Origin: Neocallimastix sp. 'constans'
Lineage: Eukaryota
NCBI GenBank assembly: GCA_050613775.1
Contig: JBODTK010000140.1
Span: 186,001 to 250,000, forward strand
Direction of reading: 5' to 3'
DNA: 64,000 nucleotides
Position 1 is the first letter of the stretch, and the number at the start of each line of letters is the position of its first letter. This document shows positions 52,042-64,000 of this stretch, piece by piece. Position numbers and translations under genes: made by a program. The notes below the pieces were generated by a model. The model was not told the DNA's origin. It was given only the letters and a program-made list of their open reading frames with translations, and did not search any database.

Positions 52042-53940
52042 ATTTTTATTTATATTCGACAACTAATGACTTTCTTTAAAAATAAAAAAGACAAAAAAAA
52101 ATAATAAAAAAATAATATTAAAAGGTATTTGAATTTATTTAAAAAGTTGTATTTATTTTTTACTTTATGACATATAAAGCATTTTATTATTATTTATATT
52201 ATATATTTTAGTTTTATATAAAATTAATATTATCTTTTCGTTAAATAATTGGCTATAAATTATTTTAACATTTAAAGATTTCTATTTCATAAAATAGAAT
52301 AAAAAGTAAATTGTTCTATTTATTTTGTTAAAGGAAATTAATATAAATTAAAATTTATTTATTAGTAGTAAGTTACTGTAAAATTATTTTATTTTTTATT
52401 TTATTTATTATTATTATTTTTTATTTTTTTTTTTTTTTTTTGATATAAATAATATAGTACTTTAATAAATAATTTGTAGTTTTTTCTTTAATTTAAAACT
52501 ATTTATATTATAACAAAAAAATAAAAACAACAAATACATAAATAAAAAGATAAAAAAAAACAAAAATGAAAAAAAAAAAAAAAAAAATAAAATAAAATAA
52601 AAATAAAAAATAGAAATAAAAAAAAAGATTACTTTAATATAATAAATTAAGTAATCATTAAATTTATTAATACAAATATATAATTAATAATATGAATCAA
52701 AATTATAAAATAATGTTTCTAAATACTTTTCAATTGGTTTTTTTAAATAAAACAAAAAATAATAATAATAATAAAATAAAAAAAATAAAATAAACCTTTT
52801 TTATTATAAAATATATATATATAATAAATTTATACATACACATTAATATAATCTTATTGCATAATAAATAAATTAAAAAATAAAAATGCAAAATAATATA
52901 CTAGACATTATAATAATTAAAAAATAATCAACAATACTTAGATTCAATATAAATTATAATTAATTTTTTTTGAAAAAAGAATATCATTACATAATTAGAT
53001 AATAAATAGAATAATTATATATTTAATAACAATAAAATAATATATTATAAATTGTATAATTTAATTAAATCAATTAAATATGAACTTAAATAAATAAAAT
53101 AATGGAATAAAATATAATTAAATTATTGTAATATATAAAATTATATATAAAAATTAAATTAATTATCTAGATTAAATCATATAATATAAATTTCATAATT
53201 TCTAATAATTTAATTTATAAATCATCAATTATAAAAATATTAGGGTAAAAATAATAAATGGTTGGTTATCTTAAATTAAATACAATAACCTAATAATAAT
53301 TTATTAATATTATTAAAGATATTAAATATATTAATATTTTTTACTATTATTTTATCATATTGAAAATAATTAAAGAAATTTTGAATTTTTTAGTATGTAT
53401 TATACCAAAATTAGTAAAAAAAAATATTACCCTTTTATTGACTATAGTATATTGGTTAATTTATTACCAAGAAAAATATAAAAAAAATTAATATATACAA
53501 ATATGCACTAAAATAAAATAAATAAAATATTATTATTGTTATTATATAAATCTCCAATATAAAATATAATGTAATTTATATATTATACATATTATAATAT
53601 ATTTTTATGTAAAAATAATTAAAAATAATATTTTATATATATGACAAGGTTAATAATATATAATACATAGTAAATATATTATCAAATACATTACAATATA
53701 CTAAATAACTAATTTATAATGCATAATATATTTACAGTTTATAAATAATAAAAATAAACTATTGATTATTGTACTTAATTGGCCATGCTTAAAAAACATG
53801 TTTTATATAATTTTAAAAATTATATATTAAATATATTAATTGACCTTTATATATTAAAAATTAATTAAAATTGAGGTAAAAAAAAATATATTTTTAAAAA
53901 AAAAATGATATGATTTTTTAATTTTAACTTTATTTTAATA

Positions 53941-54835
53941 AATAAAATATATCAATATTATAATATAAAGCATTATTTTTATATTAAAATTTTATTTTTA
54001 ATATTTTTATTATATATATTAGAAATTATAAATTAATAAGTAAACATGATTCATATTTTATTTTTATGTTAATCATAATAATATAATTTTTTTTATCTTC
54101 TTATATGAAAAAAAAACTTTGATTTTTAAATTAATAAAATATATCAATATTATAATATAAAGCATTATTTATATATTAAAAATTTTATTTTTAATAATTT
54201 TATTATGTATCAGAAATTTATATCAAGCAAAATGCTTCATATTTTATTTTTATATTACTAATCATAATGATATAATTTTTTTATCTCCTTAAATGAAAAA
54301 AGAACTTTGATTTTTAAATTAATAAAATATATCAATATTATAATATAAAGCATTATTTAAATATTAAAAATTTTATTTTTTATCTTCTTATAAAGCATTA
54401 TTTATATATTAAAAATTTTATTTTTTATCTTCTTATATGAAAAAAAAAAAACTTTGATTTTTAAATTAATAAAGTATATCAATATTATAATATAAAGTAT
54501 TATTTATATATTAAAAATTTTATTTTTAATAATTTTATTATGTATCAGAAATTTTATATAAAGCAAAATGCTTCATATTTTATTTTTATGTTATTAATCA
54601 TAATGATATAATTTTTTTTTCTCCTTAAATAAAAAAAGAACTTTGATTTTTAAATTAATAAAATATATCAATATTATAATATAAAGCATTATTTATATAT
54701 TAAAAATTTTATTTATAATAATTTTATTTTGTATCAGAAATTTTATATCAAACAAAATGCTTCATATTTTGTTATTAATCATAACGAAATAATTTTTTTA
54801 TCTCCTTAAATAAAAAAAGAATTTTGATTTTTAAA
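53941..54835. repeat. Minisatellite, ~190-bp unit, about 5 imperfect copies
   Basis: AATAAA(A/G)TATATCAATATTATAATATAAAG recurs at about 53941, 54133, 54321, 54468 and 54657; the third unit is shortened and internally rearranged. Confidence 0.9.
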
Positions 54836-56185
54836 ATATTAAATAATATTTAAAAATTAGAAGATGACCATTTTTTTGAGTAATGTTACATATAACTTTA
54901 ATTAGGTTGAAAATCTCTTATTTGTATTACCTTAAATTTTCTATATATTTTTTTAATTATTATTATTTATATCTAATATTTTTATTTGATTTTTAATTCT
55001 ATTAATATATTCTTATATTTATTAATATTATATATTTATTTTTTATATTAATATCTGTTCTTATCAATACTATATTAGAATTTAATACTATAATTATTTT
55101 ATTTAATATATATAATAAAATTTCTTGTTTAAATTTTTTATATATATTAAGGTGTTTGTTTTATTACTAAAAAACAATAAATTAAAAAATATTATATAAA
55201 AATATTATTCTTAATTTTGATATTTATATTTAAATTTAAATAGATAAATTTTGGGTATTAATTTTAAAATATTGTATTAATAAAAAAAAGGAATTATATT
55301 TAAAAAATTTTTATTATGTTTTAAATATATATTCGATCCACAATAAAAATTTTTTAAATATTATTTCAATGAATAAATTTAATAGATCTAATATAATAAT
55401 GTTTTGGACTGTTTTATATAATTTCATAATATTCTAAAAATTTATTTGGTTTTTGAATTAAGTAACATTTAATGGAATTATTAAAAATGTCTTTTTATAC
55501 ATTATGGGATAAAATAATATTATAATAAAAAAAAATTTTTTTTATTATTTTTTTTTTGTTTACAGGATTGTTTTTTATATTTTGTTTTTTTTTTTATGTT
55601 AATTTTCCATTTGTGACATTTTTAATCTATTAATAATTCATTGATTTTTAATTAAAATTTTATATTAAATTAAAAATAATAAATCTTATTTTTATTAAAA
55701 CATTGATTCTAAAAATATTTACTATTAATATAGAAAATAAGGGAAACTAAAAAGTATGCCGTTGACTAATTGATTTAGTGTTACTTTTAGAAAATAAAAT
55801 ATATGCTATTAGAAATGTATAATACAATAAAATAATAATATATAATATCATTATTATAAAATTTTGCGGCATTCGTTTATTAAAATATTTCTATTTATAA
55901 CCTTAAATAAATAAAAAAATATATTTTTTAAAAAAAAAAAAATTTATTTTATATAATAATAAAAATTGAAATAATTTTAAAACCTGAAATTTTATTAATA
56001 TATAAAGTTTATAATTTTTATTACTATTATTTAATATATTTAAATATATAAGAGAATATTATTAAAATATACTTTATAACTAAATTTTATAAACTATTAA
56101 TACCATTTTTTTTAAAAAATATTTTTATATATAATTATATTTTACTTTTAAAATATCTTTCTTAAAAGTATTACAAAACTTTTTA

Positions 56186-56264
56186 AAGTAAAAAAATTTA
56201 AAATGTATTTCTTTTAACTTAAGTATTTAAAGTTAAAAGAAATACATTTTAAATTTTTTTACTT
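56186..56264. repeat. Perfect inverted repeat, 35-bp arms with a 9-nt spacer
   Basis: 56186-56220 is the exact reverse complement of 56230-56264. Confidence 0.92.
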
Positions 56265-56855
56265 GTTAAAATTAATGTATTCATACAAAATAAAATAAAA
56301 AATAAAAAATATTTAACTTTAATAAATAAAAAAAAACAATTTGTTTCAATTCATCTAATAAAATTGAATATTTCTATTTTAAGAAAAAATTTGCATAAAG
56401 TTTTTAAACTATTCGTTTATTTGATTATTTTTTTTTTCTATTATTTATTCTTTTACTATTATTTTTTTTTTTTTTGTAATTTTTTTTCTATTATTTTTTT
56501 ATCTATTATTTTTTTTCTTTATATATTATTTTTATGATATAACAAAGAATAATAGTTATATATATTCAAAATTTCCTTTTAAGTAAATTTGTATATAATA
56601 GAAAAAATTTATATATATTGAATTTTAATTTATAAATTAATTTATATAAATTAATTTTATTAAAATCAAAGAATTTCAAAATTAAAATATTAAAATTTCA
56701 TTTATATATTAATAAAATCATTTTAATAAATTTATTATTTTTTTTACACTAATTCACTTTTTAAAAAATATTTTTCAATCAATAATAAAAGATGATAATA
56801 ACTAAAGCTTTGATATAACAACATATGATATACTTACTTATTATTATTCTTATTA

Positions 56856-56972
56856 GTAATAGTATTAAAATGCTATTTTAATTATTATTATTATTATAAT
56901 TATTATTAAAAATATTTTTTTAATAATTACTATTATTATTATTACTTATTAAAATTATTACATTTATAGAAA

Positions 56973-57003
<31 letters not shown>

Positions 57004-57032
57004 GTATTACTAGTATTAGTATTATTATTAGC

Positions 57033-57063
<31 letters not shown>

Positions 57064-57205
57064 GAATTATTATTAGTAGTAGTATTATTTGTAATAGTAT
57101 TAAAATGCTATTTTAATTATTATTAGTATTATAATTATTAAAAATATTTTTTTAATTATTACTATTATTATTACTTTTGAAAATTATTACATTTAAAGAA
57201 AATTT
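56856..57205. repeat. Imperfect ~120-bp direct duplication flanking a (TAT/TAG)n tract
   Basis: GTAATAGTATTAAAATGCTATTTTAATTATT...AAAATTATTACATTTA(T/A)AGAAAATT at about 56856-56975 and 57091-57205. Confidence 0.8.
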
Positions 57206-57390
57206 TGTTACATTAAACGATATACTTTTAAAAATTTTTTTTTATAATATTAAACTAATTTTTTTCAATTGAATTAAACTAATTATCTGAATTATCTTTA
57301 TATAAATGTAAAGTTCTAATTCAATTTAAAAAAATTTAGTTAAATATCATAAAAACAATTTTTAAAAAACATATAATTTAATATAACAAA
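57204..57390. repeat. Imperfect foldback (MITE-like) element, ~77-bp arms with a ~30-bp spacer
   Basis: 57204-57280 closely matches the reverse complement of 57312-57390. Confidence 0.75.
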
Positions 57391-59295
57391 CTTTTCTTTT
57401 TATTATAGCGATTTTGAAATATTATTTCTAATAATAAAAGTAATATTTGTAAAATTTATTGACTTAACTTGAAATTTATAATAATAAAGAGCTTATTTAA
57501 ACTAATAAAAAGATACAAACATATATTAAAATCATATTTTTATTTTTCTAATAGAATAAACAATTATAAATATATAATATATAATTTATATTTGTCAATA
57601 TATATTAATAATATTAATAGTTAAATAAATAATATAAATCTTTCGAAACATTTAACTTAAAATATTTTACAAATATTTTTATGTACTATTTTCATTTTAG
57701 TAAAAGATACTATATTATATTTTTATCTTAAATTTTTTTTATTAAAAATTACACAAATTATGACAAATTATATATTCTCCTCTTTTTTTTTTTTTTTTTT
57801 AAAGGATTCTTTTCTATCTATATTTTCCTCTTATTATAATTAAGTTCGTCTTTAAGATAATAACTTAAAATTAAAAAAAAATAAAAATTACTAGTATTAC
57901 TTTTTTAAAAAAAATAATAATTTATTCCTACATATTAAAATATTTTCAAATTTTTGAGTTTATATAAATTCTATAAATAGTACTTTATTCATTATTAAAG
58001 AATTGATAATATAAAACACTTACATTATATTGATTAGAATATATAATTAAATGTCATAAAATCTAATTGTAATACTATTATAAAGGACACATATTTATAT
58101 ATTAATTTAATATCATGTAATTTAAAATAAATAAATCCTAGAAACTTTTTATCAAAAAATTGTGATAACTGTGGAATTTATATTACTAACTTTTAATAGA
58201 TTAAGTGCCCTAGTTATTATATATCTTATATGACCTACTTATTCTTATATGACCTACTTATAGTTTATGGTTTATTAATTAAATATATATTAAAATAAAT
58301 CCTATACAATTAAATATGTTATTTAAAAAAAAAAAATTCTACTAATAGTATTCCAATTTAGTACTATTAGTTAATTATATCAGTATTGAAATAGAAAGCC
58401 TTAACATAAGTATTAAAAAATTAAAAGATGGGTATTCTGAAACACAAGCTTCAAGACTCTGTGGAATTGAACTAAATACCAAAAAACTAGAAATCAAAAA
58501 TGAAGATTTCGAATTATATCAAAACATTCTCAATAATCTATATAAAATATATGACAATGAAACTCGATGAGTAAACCAGGAATAGATAGAATCAGTTTTG
58601 AATTTTTATTTAATTATATTAAAATGGAATTCCAGAAATTACAAACCTATATATCAAATTTTTATATAGTAATAAAGAAAAGTTAAAATATCAAAAGAAT
58701 TTGTACTAAAGTCCAAAATTAACAATGAAGAAAATTTAATAAAGTATAAAATGGAAAATTTCCATATACGTTTAAAAAAAAAAAAAAAAAAAAAAATTAA
58801 TGAAATACGTTAATAGTGGAGTCAACAATGTAATAATATAAAACGTGTATGTATGGTAATAACTTATATTATGGGTTAGATTATAGTTTATTGAATCTAG
58901 TACGTTTCTCAATTGTGAATTTTACAATGTGGCGTATTTTTGTATGTGGCTTTTTTTAATAATCAAATAAATAATAATCAAATAAATAATAATTAAATAA
59001 ATAATAAATATTCTTATTATATATATATAATTTATTAATATTCAATTATAAAAATAATTTTTTCTAATTCTTTTGTAATAGAATATATAATTATTTCTTT
59101 TGAAATAGTTATTTAATAATATTTAATTGAAAAAATATATTATTATTTCTTTTAAAATAATAATTATTTATATATTTGTTTATGATTGTATAGAATATCT
59201 TAAAAATGTATGGCTTTATTTAAAAAATTTATACGCCACATTACGAAATGCTTGATCCCCTAGTTTATTATTAGAATTTTTATATTACATACATC

Positions 59296-59580
59296 GGAAT
59301 AAATCTATATCAAATGTATATTTAAGCTTCCTATTACCTATTATTACATACTCCATTAGAAAGAGATATTTATGATAAAATTCCTCAAGGAGATAAAAAC
59401 TTTGGAAAAAGGTTTTTGGAAATTAATATAGAAATTAGAATTTGCAATTATTAAATTTTTATTTAAAATTGGTTTTAAACAGTATATATATAAACATTTT
59501 CCACTTTTATCATATTAGTGATTAAAATAAGGTTTTTCATATTATAGGACTATACATTGACAATATGGTAATTACTAGAT
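59296..59580 (+). mobile_element. Degenerate Ty1/copia reverse transcriptase fragment
   Basis: LYQMYI*ASY...TPLERDIYDKIPQGDKNFGK and IIGLYIDNMVIT match the copia RT motifs QMDVK.AYLN..L.EEIY...P.G and YVDD. Confidence 0.75.
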
Positions 59581-59804
59581 TTAATTATAATTTGTTATGT
59601 TTTATTCAAAAAAATAAAAATAAATTTTCTAATTATAACTGTCAATTTATTAATTATTATTATTTATTTTTATAGGTATAGTTATTGAAAAATGATGGTT
59701 CTTTAATTATAATATTTATTAGTTATAATATATTAAAAATGTACTCGATAGATATAATATAAATAATATTAAAATATGTTAAACTGTTTTCAAAAAATAA
59801 TCAA

Positions 59805-61785
59805 AATCATGATATTATCATTTTATTGTTTTCTTCAAGATTTCTTTTAAATTTTCTAATATACGACTTTTGAATTAATCTAGTTACTTTTATTTATTTT
59901 TATTTTATGTTTTAATTTCTTAATTTCTTTTTGGTATTGAATCTTACTATTAGCAAATTTCTTTTTAACTTCATCCTGGAATAGATTCATTTCACATAAA
60001 TAACTTTTTCCATCATAGAATTATGTTAGGTAGATATTAGCTGAATTAATTTTTTTCTTTCCAACTACTTTTTGGATTTTCATTTAATATTCATATAATT
60101 CCATTGAATTATGAAAATCTAAATATTATTTAACTCAATATATTAGTATAATATATCATATTTATTATTATAATCTGTAATATCAATTTATTTTTTTTTT
60201 CAGTTATTCCAAATTAAAACATAAATATTACTAAAAGTTTGGTTAATCGTTTGTTTATAACTGTCCTTGGATACATCAACTTAACCTATAAAATCTTCAA
60301 TACCATTGAAGAAAGGAGAATATTTCTTAAAATTAACTATGGGTTCATTTATACTTTTATATTGGAAAACATTTGATTTTCCTATGAAATATTATATACA
60401 TAATCATCATCATCATCTGGTGCTTTCAACTTTAAATCATTATACATCATGTCTTCAACAACTTTATATCAAATTTGAAACGATATTAATTTTTTATTTT
60501 CCATATATATCTTTTATGAGATTAACTTTAAGGCATTAATTAATTAAAGAGGAGTTAGAATGACAAAAATTTTTATTTATTATATTATTATTATTAATCT
60601 ATTTATCTGTGATATTTCTAAATAAAATTCTTTGTCTTTGATATATATTATTATACCTTCTTTGAGATTAATTTATTTATAAGGATGTTTATGAGACATC
60701 TTAAATAAACAATTTGTATGTTGTATGCTTAATTATACTATTTATTACTATTATTATAAAGAGTAAATCCAATTCTTAAATTTTTTATATATTTTTTTTG
60801 AATTAATATTTTAAATATCTATAAAATTGGATATTCTAATATTTTAATATTTTACAGTAATTTTTTCAGGTGGAAGTTATTTATTATTTGAAACTTCAAT
60901 TTTTCTTTAATTTAGCTTGACTAATGCTCGAACGTAATTTAATATTTATTAAATTTTAGTCTTAAGAGGACTTAACTTTAGTTGTGCTTTTAAGTCTATT
61001 ATATTTATATGAGTACTTATAAACAATATAAATAGGGTTATTTTTCAAATAAAAGTATGTTATAAAGTACGATTTTAAATTTTTTTTTTCTTTTAGCAAT
61101 TTTCTAAATTATCAAAAATCGGAATTAAGTTTCTATTATATATTCTGATATGGAACAAAAAAAGATTTAATATATATATTTTTTTTTTTTTTTTAATTCT
61201 ATAAATTCAAGATTTCTTCATATATTATATTATGAAGGTAGAGACAAACATTATTCAAAATGGATAAATTAAACAATTGTCAACAGAATTTATATATAGC
61301 ACATAAATAAATAAAAAGTAATATCATAATTTAGTATATTAGTAAAATAAAAATAGTTTCAATAAATAATAACGATTGAATAATGTAAAATTTTAAATAA
61401 AAAAAATTAGTATAAGAAACTTTTAAATAAATTCGTAAAATAAAATATATGATCTTAAATATTAAAAACATAGAAAAAAAAAGACTATAAATAATAAAAA
61501 AGTCAGGATTATTATTTATGATTTATCTTTTAAAAATATTAAAATATAAAAATAAAAAAAAAAATAAAATAAAAAACTATTCATATCTAATATAACCAAG
61601 AATAAATATATTTTAAATTATTATAAACTTTTAAAACAATCTATAATTACTATGAGCTTTGTTCATAATTGAAAATATTCATAATTATAAATTCATTCAT
61701 TATTTCAATAATTAAAAAAATAAAAATAATATATATATTATATATAAAAATATAATTAACAAAAGTATATATAATGATTATTAAT
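59805..61785. repeat. Dispersed repeat copy 2 (longer), containing a decayed minus-strand coding-like sequence
   Basis: Homologous to 45411-46495 with an extra ~880-bp internal segment (60340-61215). Confidence 0.85.
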
Positions 61786-61964
61786 TCATAATTATTAATT
61801 CAAAATAATGAAGAGATTAAAAAAAAATAAAGAGAAGCTTTTAAATAAATTTGTAATAGATAATCTTAAATATTAAAATATAAAAAAAATAATGATAATA
61901 AATCAAGAATCATAAAAAATATTTTCTTAGGCTTGGAATAAACAATATTTAATAATATTTATTA

Positions 61965-62500
61965 AAAAAAATACATGAAAATAAAATACATAAAATTTTT
62001 TACATTAATATTAAAAAACTACCTTATGAGTTTCAAGGACGAAATGGCATCAAACTCTTCCCATTAATTGATGATTATTCCATATGGGTAAAAATAATCA
62101 TCTTTCAGAATTTCTTCTTTACCTTATTAAATTAGCATTGATGCTCTTGATAACGTTAGCCTTTATAGTATACAAATTGATCGTAGTGTAAAAATCTCTA
62201 ATCACAATAGGAAAAACATTAGTAAGGAATACCCACAAAATAAGAAATCTGGAAAGGAGATTCTCTCGAAGATGATTGAAATATGCTATTAATAAAATGG
62301 CTTTTTTCCTTAGAACCGTTCTTTAAAATTTTATATACATCATTTCCTCCAAGAAGGAGACATAGTATATAAAAATTAATATTATCATAAAAATCTTCCT
62401 CTATGTCATCAGGAATGTCCAAAGATTTCTCATTAACAATATCAGAAAAATTAATTAAAATTTCATCAACGAATTGAATGAATTGTTGCCTAAATTCTAT
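61965..62500 (-). mobile_element. Decayed LINE 3'-end fragment (distinct subfamily)
   Basis: RQQFIQFVDEILINF...LCLLLGG...IFQSSSRESPFQISYFVGIP parallels the post-CCHC region of the other LINEs; decayed copy of the shared 3' motif at 62120-62147. Confidence 0.75.
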
Positions 62501-62513
62501 TTAGGATATAAAT

Positions 62514-64000
62514 TTTTTTTTTTAAACTTAGAGAAAACTTTTTTTAATTTATAATATTAATAAAATTACATGATTTTAATGAAAAAAAAATACATGAAAT
62601 AAAATATTATATATTATAAAATTATAAAAGTGTGTTAGAAGCAATAGCCTCTAACTTTTCCCATTCATCGATGATAACACCACGTCCATTATTGCGAGTA
62701 ATAATTTCAGTATTAGTATTATCTAACGAATCTGTATTAGTTTTTTCACCGGGAGGTGAAAATCCATGTCTTATCATTTCGACGTCGACGCTCTTAGCAA
62801 CGGTAGATTCAATAGATTCAATAGATTCAACGGAATATCATTTCATCATCAATCTAAAAGATCGACAAATTAAAGGTATTACGTTTGTTAGAAACTCCGC
62901 AATCCCCACAAAAAACGGAACAATCGACGAAGTTGAACTTTGTTTAAAAATATTGTCAATTAATTGTCTTTGTTCCCCATCGTTAACTTTAATTTTTTCA
63001 TATATTGAATGCCCACCAGAAAGAGTACTCAATATAAAGTAATAAATCTTATTATCATAATCCTTTTATGAATCTAAAGAAACATCCAAGGATTTTTGTT
63101 CAATTATCATTGCAAACTTCAAAAAGAGATCATCTAGAAAAGGTAAAGATTTATTTCTGTAATTTTCCTATACTTTACAGGCAAAGATCCAGTGAGAAAA
63201 AAACTAGGTACACTAACACCACAACAAGGGCAACATTTAGGGCAATCTTCTGAGACGATTTTTCTTTTAATGGAAATACTAATGTCAAATTTAAAACCAC
63301 ACCTAATTCGAGAAATCCAAAAGAATCCCAACTGATACTTAGGATATTGAAATGTTAAGTTTTTGATTTCTGAAATAAATCCAAAATAATTCTCCTTGAA
63401 ATAATTGCTTTTTTAGCTTTTGAGATTTTGAAAACATTTCTTTCCCAATAAAACTTTTTATTTTTCTTGTTTTTTTACCATTTAATTTCTTATCCAAAGT
63501 CCTTCATTCTTTAGTCCATAAGTAATGTGACATAATAGGAATATTATTAGTGAGATGATTAATAATACATGATGAATTTTTCAATTTTCTAAATCAGCGT
63601 AATTGAGATATAGCACTGAAAGAGGAGGTATTATTAATTCAAGAATAATATCATAGAGACTAACATAAGAATTGCGAGATTTAAATCCATTTCTCTAATA
63701 AAGTCCTCTATTAATAATTTTTTGAGCTTTAGAACATCTTCTCTTATTTGAACAAAAGAGAGGAGCATAATATATAACAAGACTAAGAATAATCGAAATT
63801 AAAACATATTTCTTCAATGGGAGAGGAATAGATTTATTAATAAGAAATCGAAAGTAGGAATTTAACTTTACATTTAAATTACTGTTTAATTTGGATTGTA
63901 TAGATTTCAATGATAAAGATTCATTAAAAGGAATACCAAGATAAGTATAGATGTCAGTTTTAGGTAATTTGTTACTACCAATAAAGAAAGATGGATTTTC
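62514..64000 (-). mobile_element. Decayed LINE (end of RT, thumb, CCHC knuckle, 3' end), continues beyond the window
   Basis: LPKTDIYTYLGIPFNESLSLK (late RT motif), NKSIPLPLK..VIYYAPLF, WISRIRCGFK..SEDCPKCCPCCG..HWIFACK. Stops and frameshifts; short T-run at 62514-62523. Confidence 0.9.

Noticed and set aside
53941..54835. CRISPR-like array
   Set aside because: Whole units repeat with no unique spacers, eukaryotic context, no cas genes.
58420..58780. Coding-like relic (DGYSETQASRLCGIELN...) possibly belonging to the copia element
   Set aside because: No diagnostic gag or integrase motif recognised.

Overview
Extremely AT-rich, intron-containing eukaryotic DNA. The composition, short GT-AG introns, poly-Asn proteins, fungal-type PFK and a solute-binding-protein/class C GPCR fusion point to an anaerobic gut fungus (Neocallimastigomycota); this is an inference. 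Genes in order: 5' end of Ran GTPase (-), an intronless bacterial-like GNAT acetyltransferase (+), a 12-exon 6-phosphofructokinase homologue with a degenerate ATP site (-), a DH-PH RhoGEF with a C-terminal RhoGAP-like domain (+), a very large Asn-rich TPR protein (+), an ePHD zinc-finger Asn-rich protein (-) and an SBP-7TM class C GPCR (-). About 39.5-49.1 kb and 52-64 kb have no intact genes and are full of mobile-element relics: several divergent LINE 3' ends, copia RT fragments, a dispersed 1-2 kb repeat, foldback/palindromic elements and satellites. The two most notable observations are (1) an intact-looking ~420-bp tRNA-headed SINE with a poly(A) tail and a perfect 15-bp target-site duplication, sharing a 28-nt CpG-rich 3' motif with LINEs in the same window (a candidate SINE/LINE pair), and (2) an intact PFK reading frame that looks like a pseudoenzyme. 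All exon structures and family calls were made by eye, without database searches.
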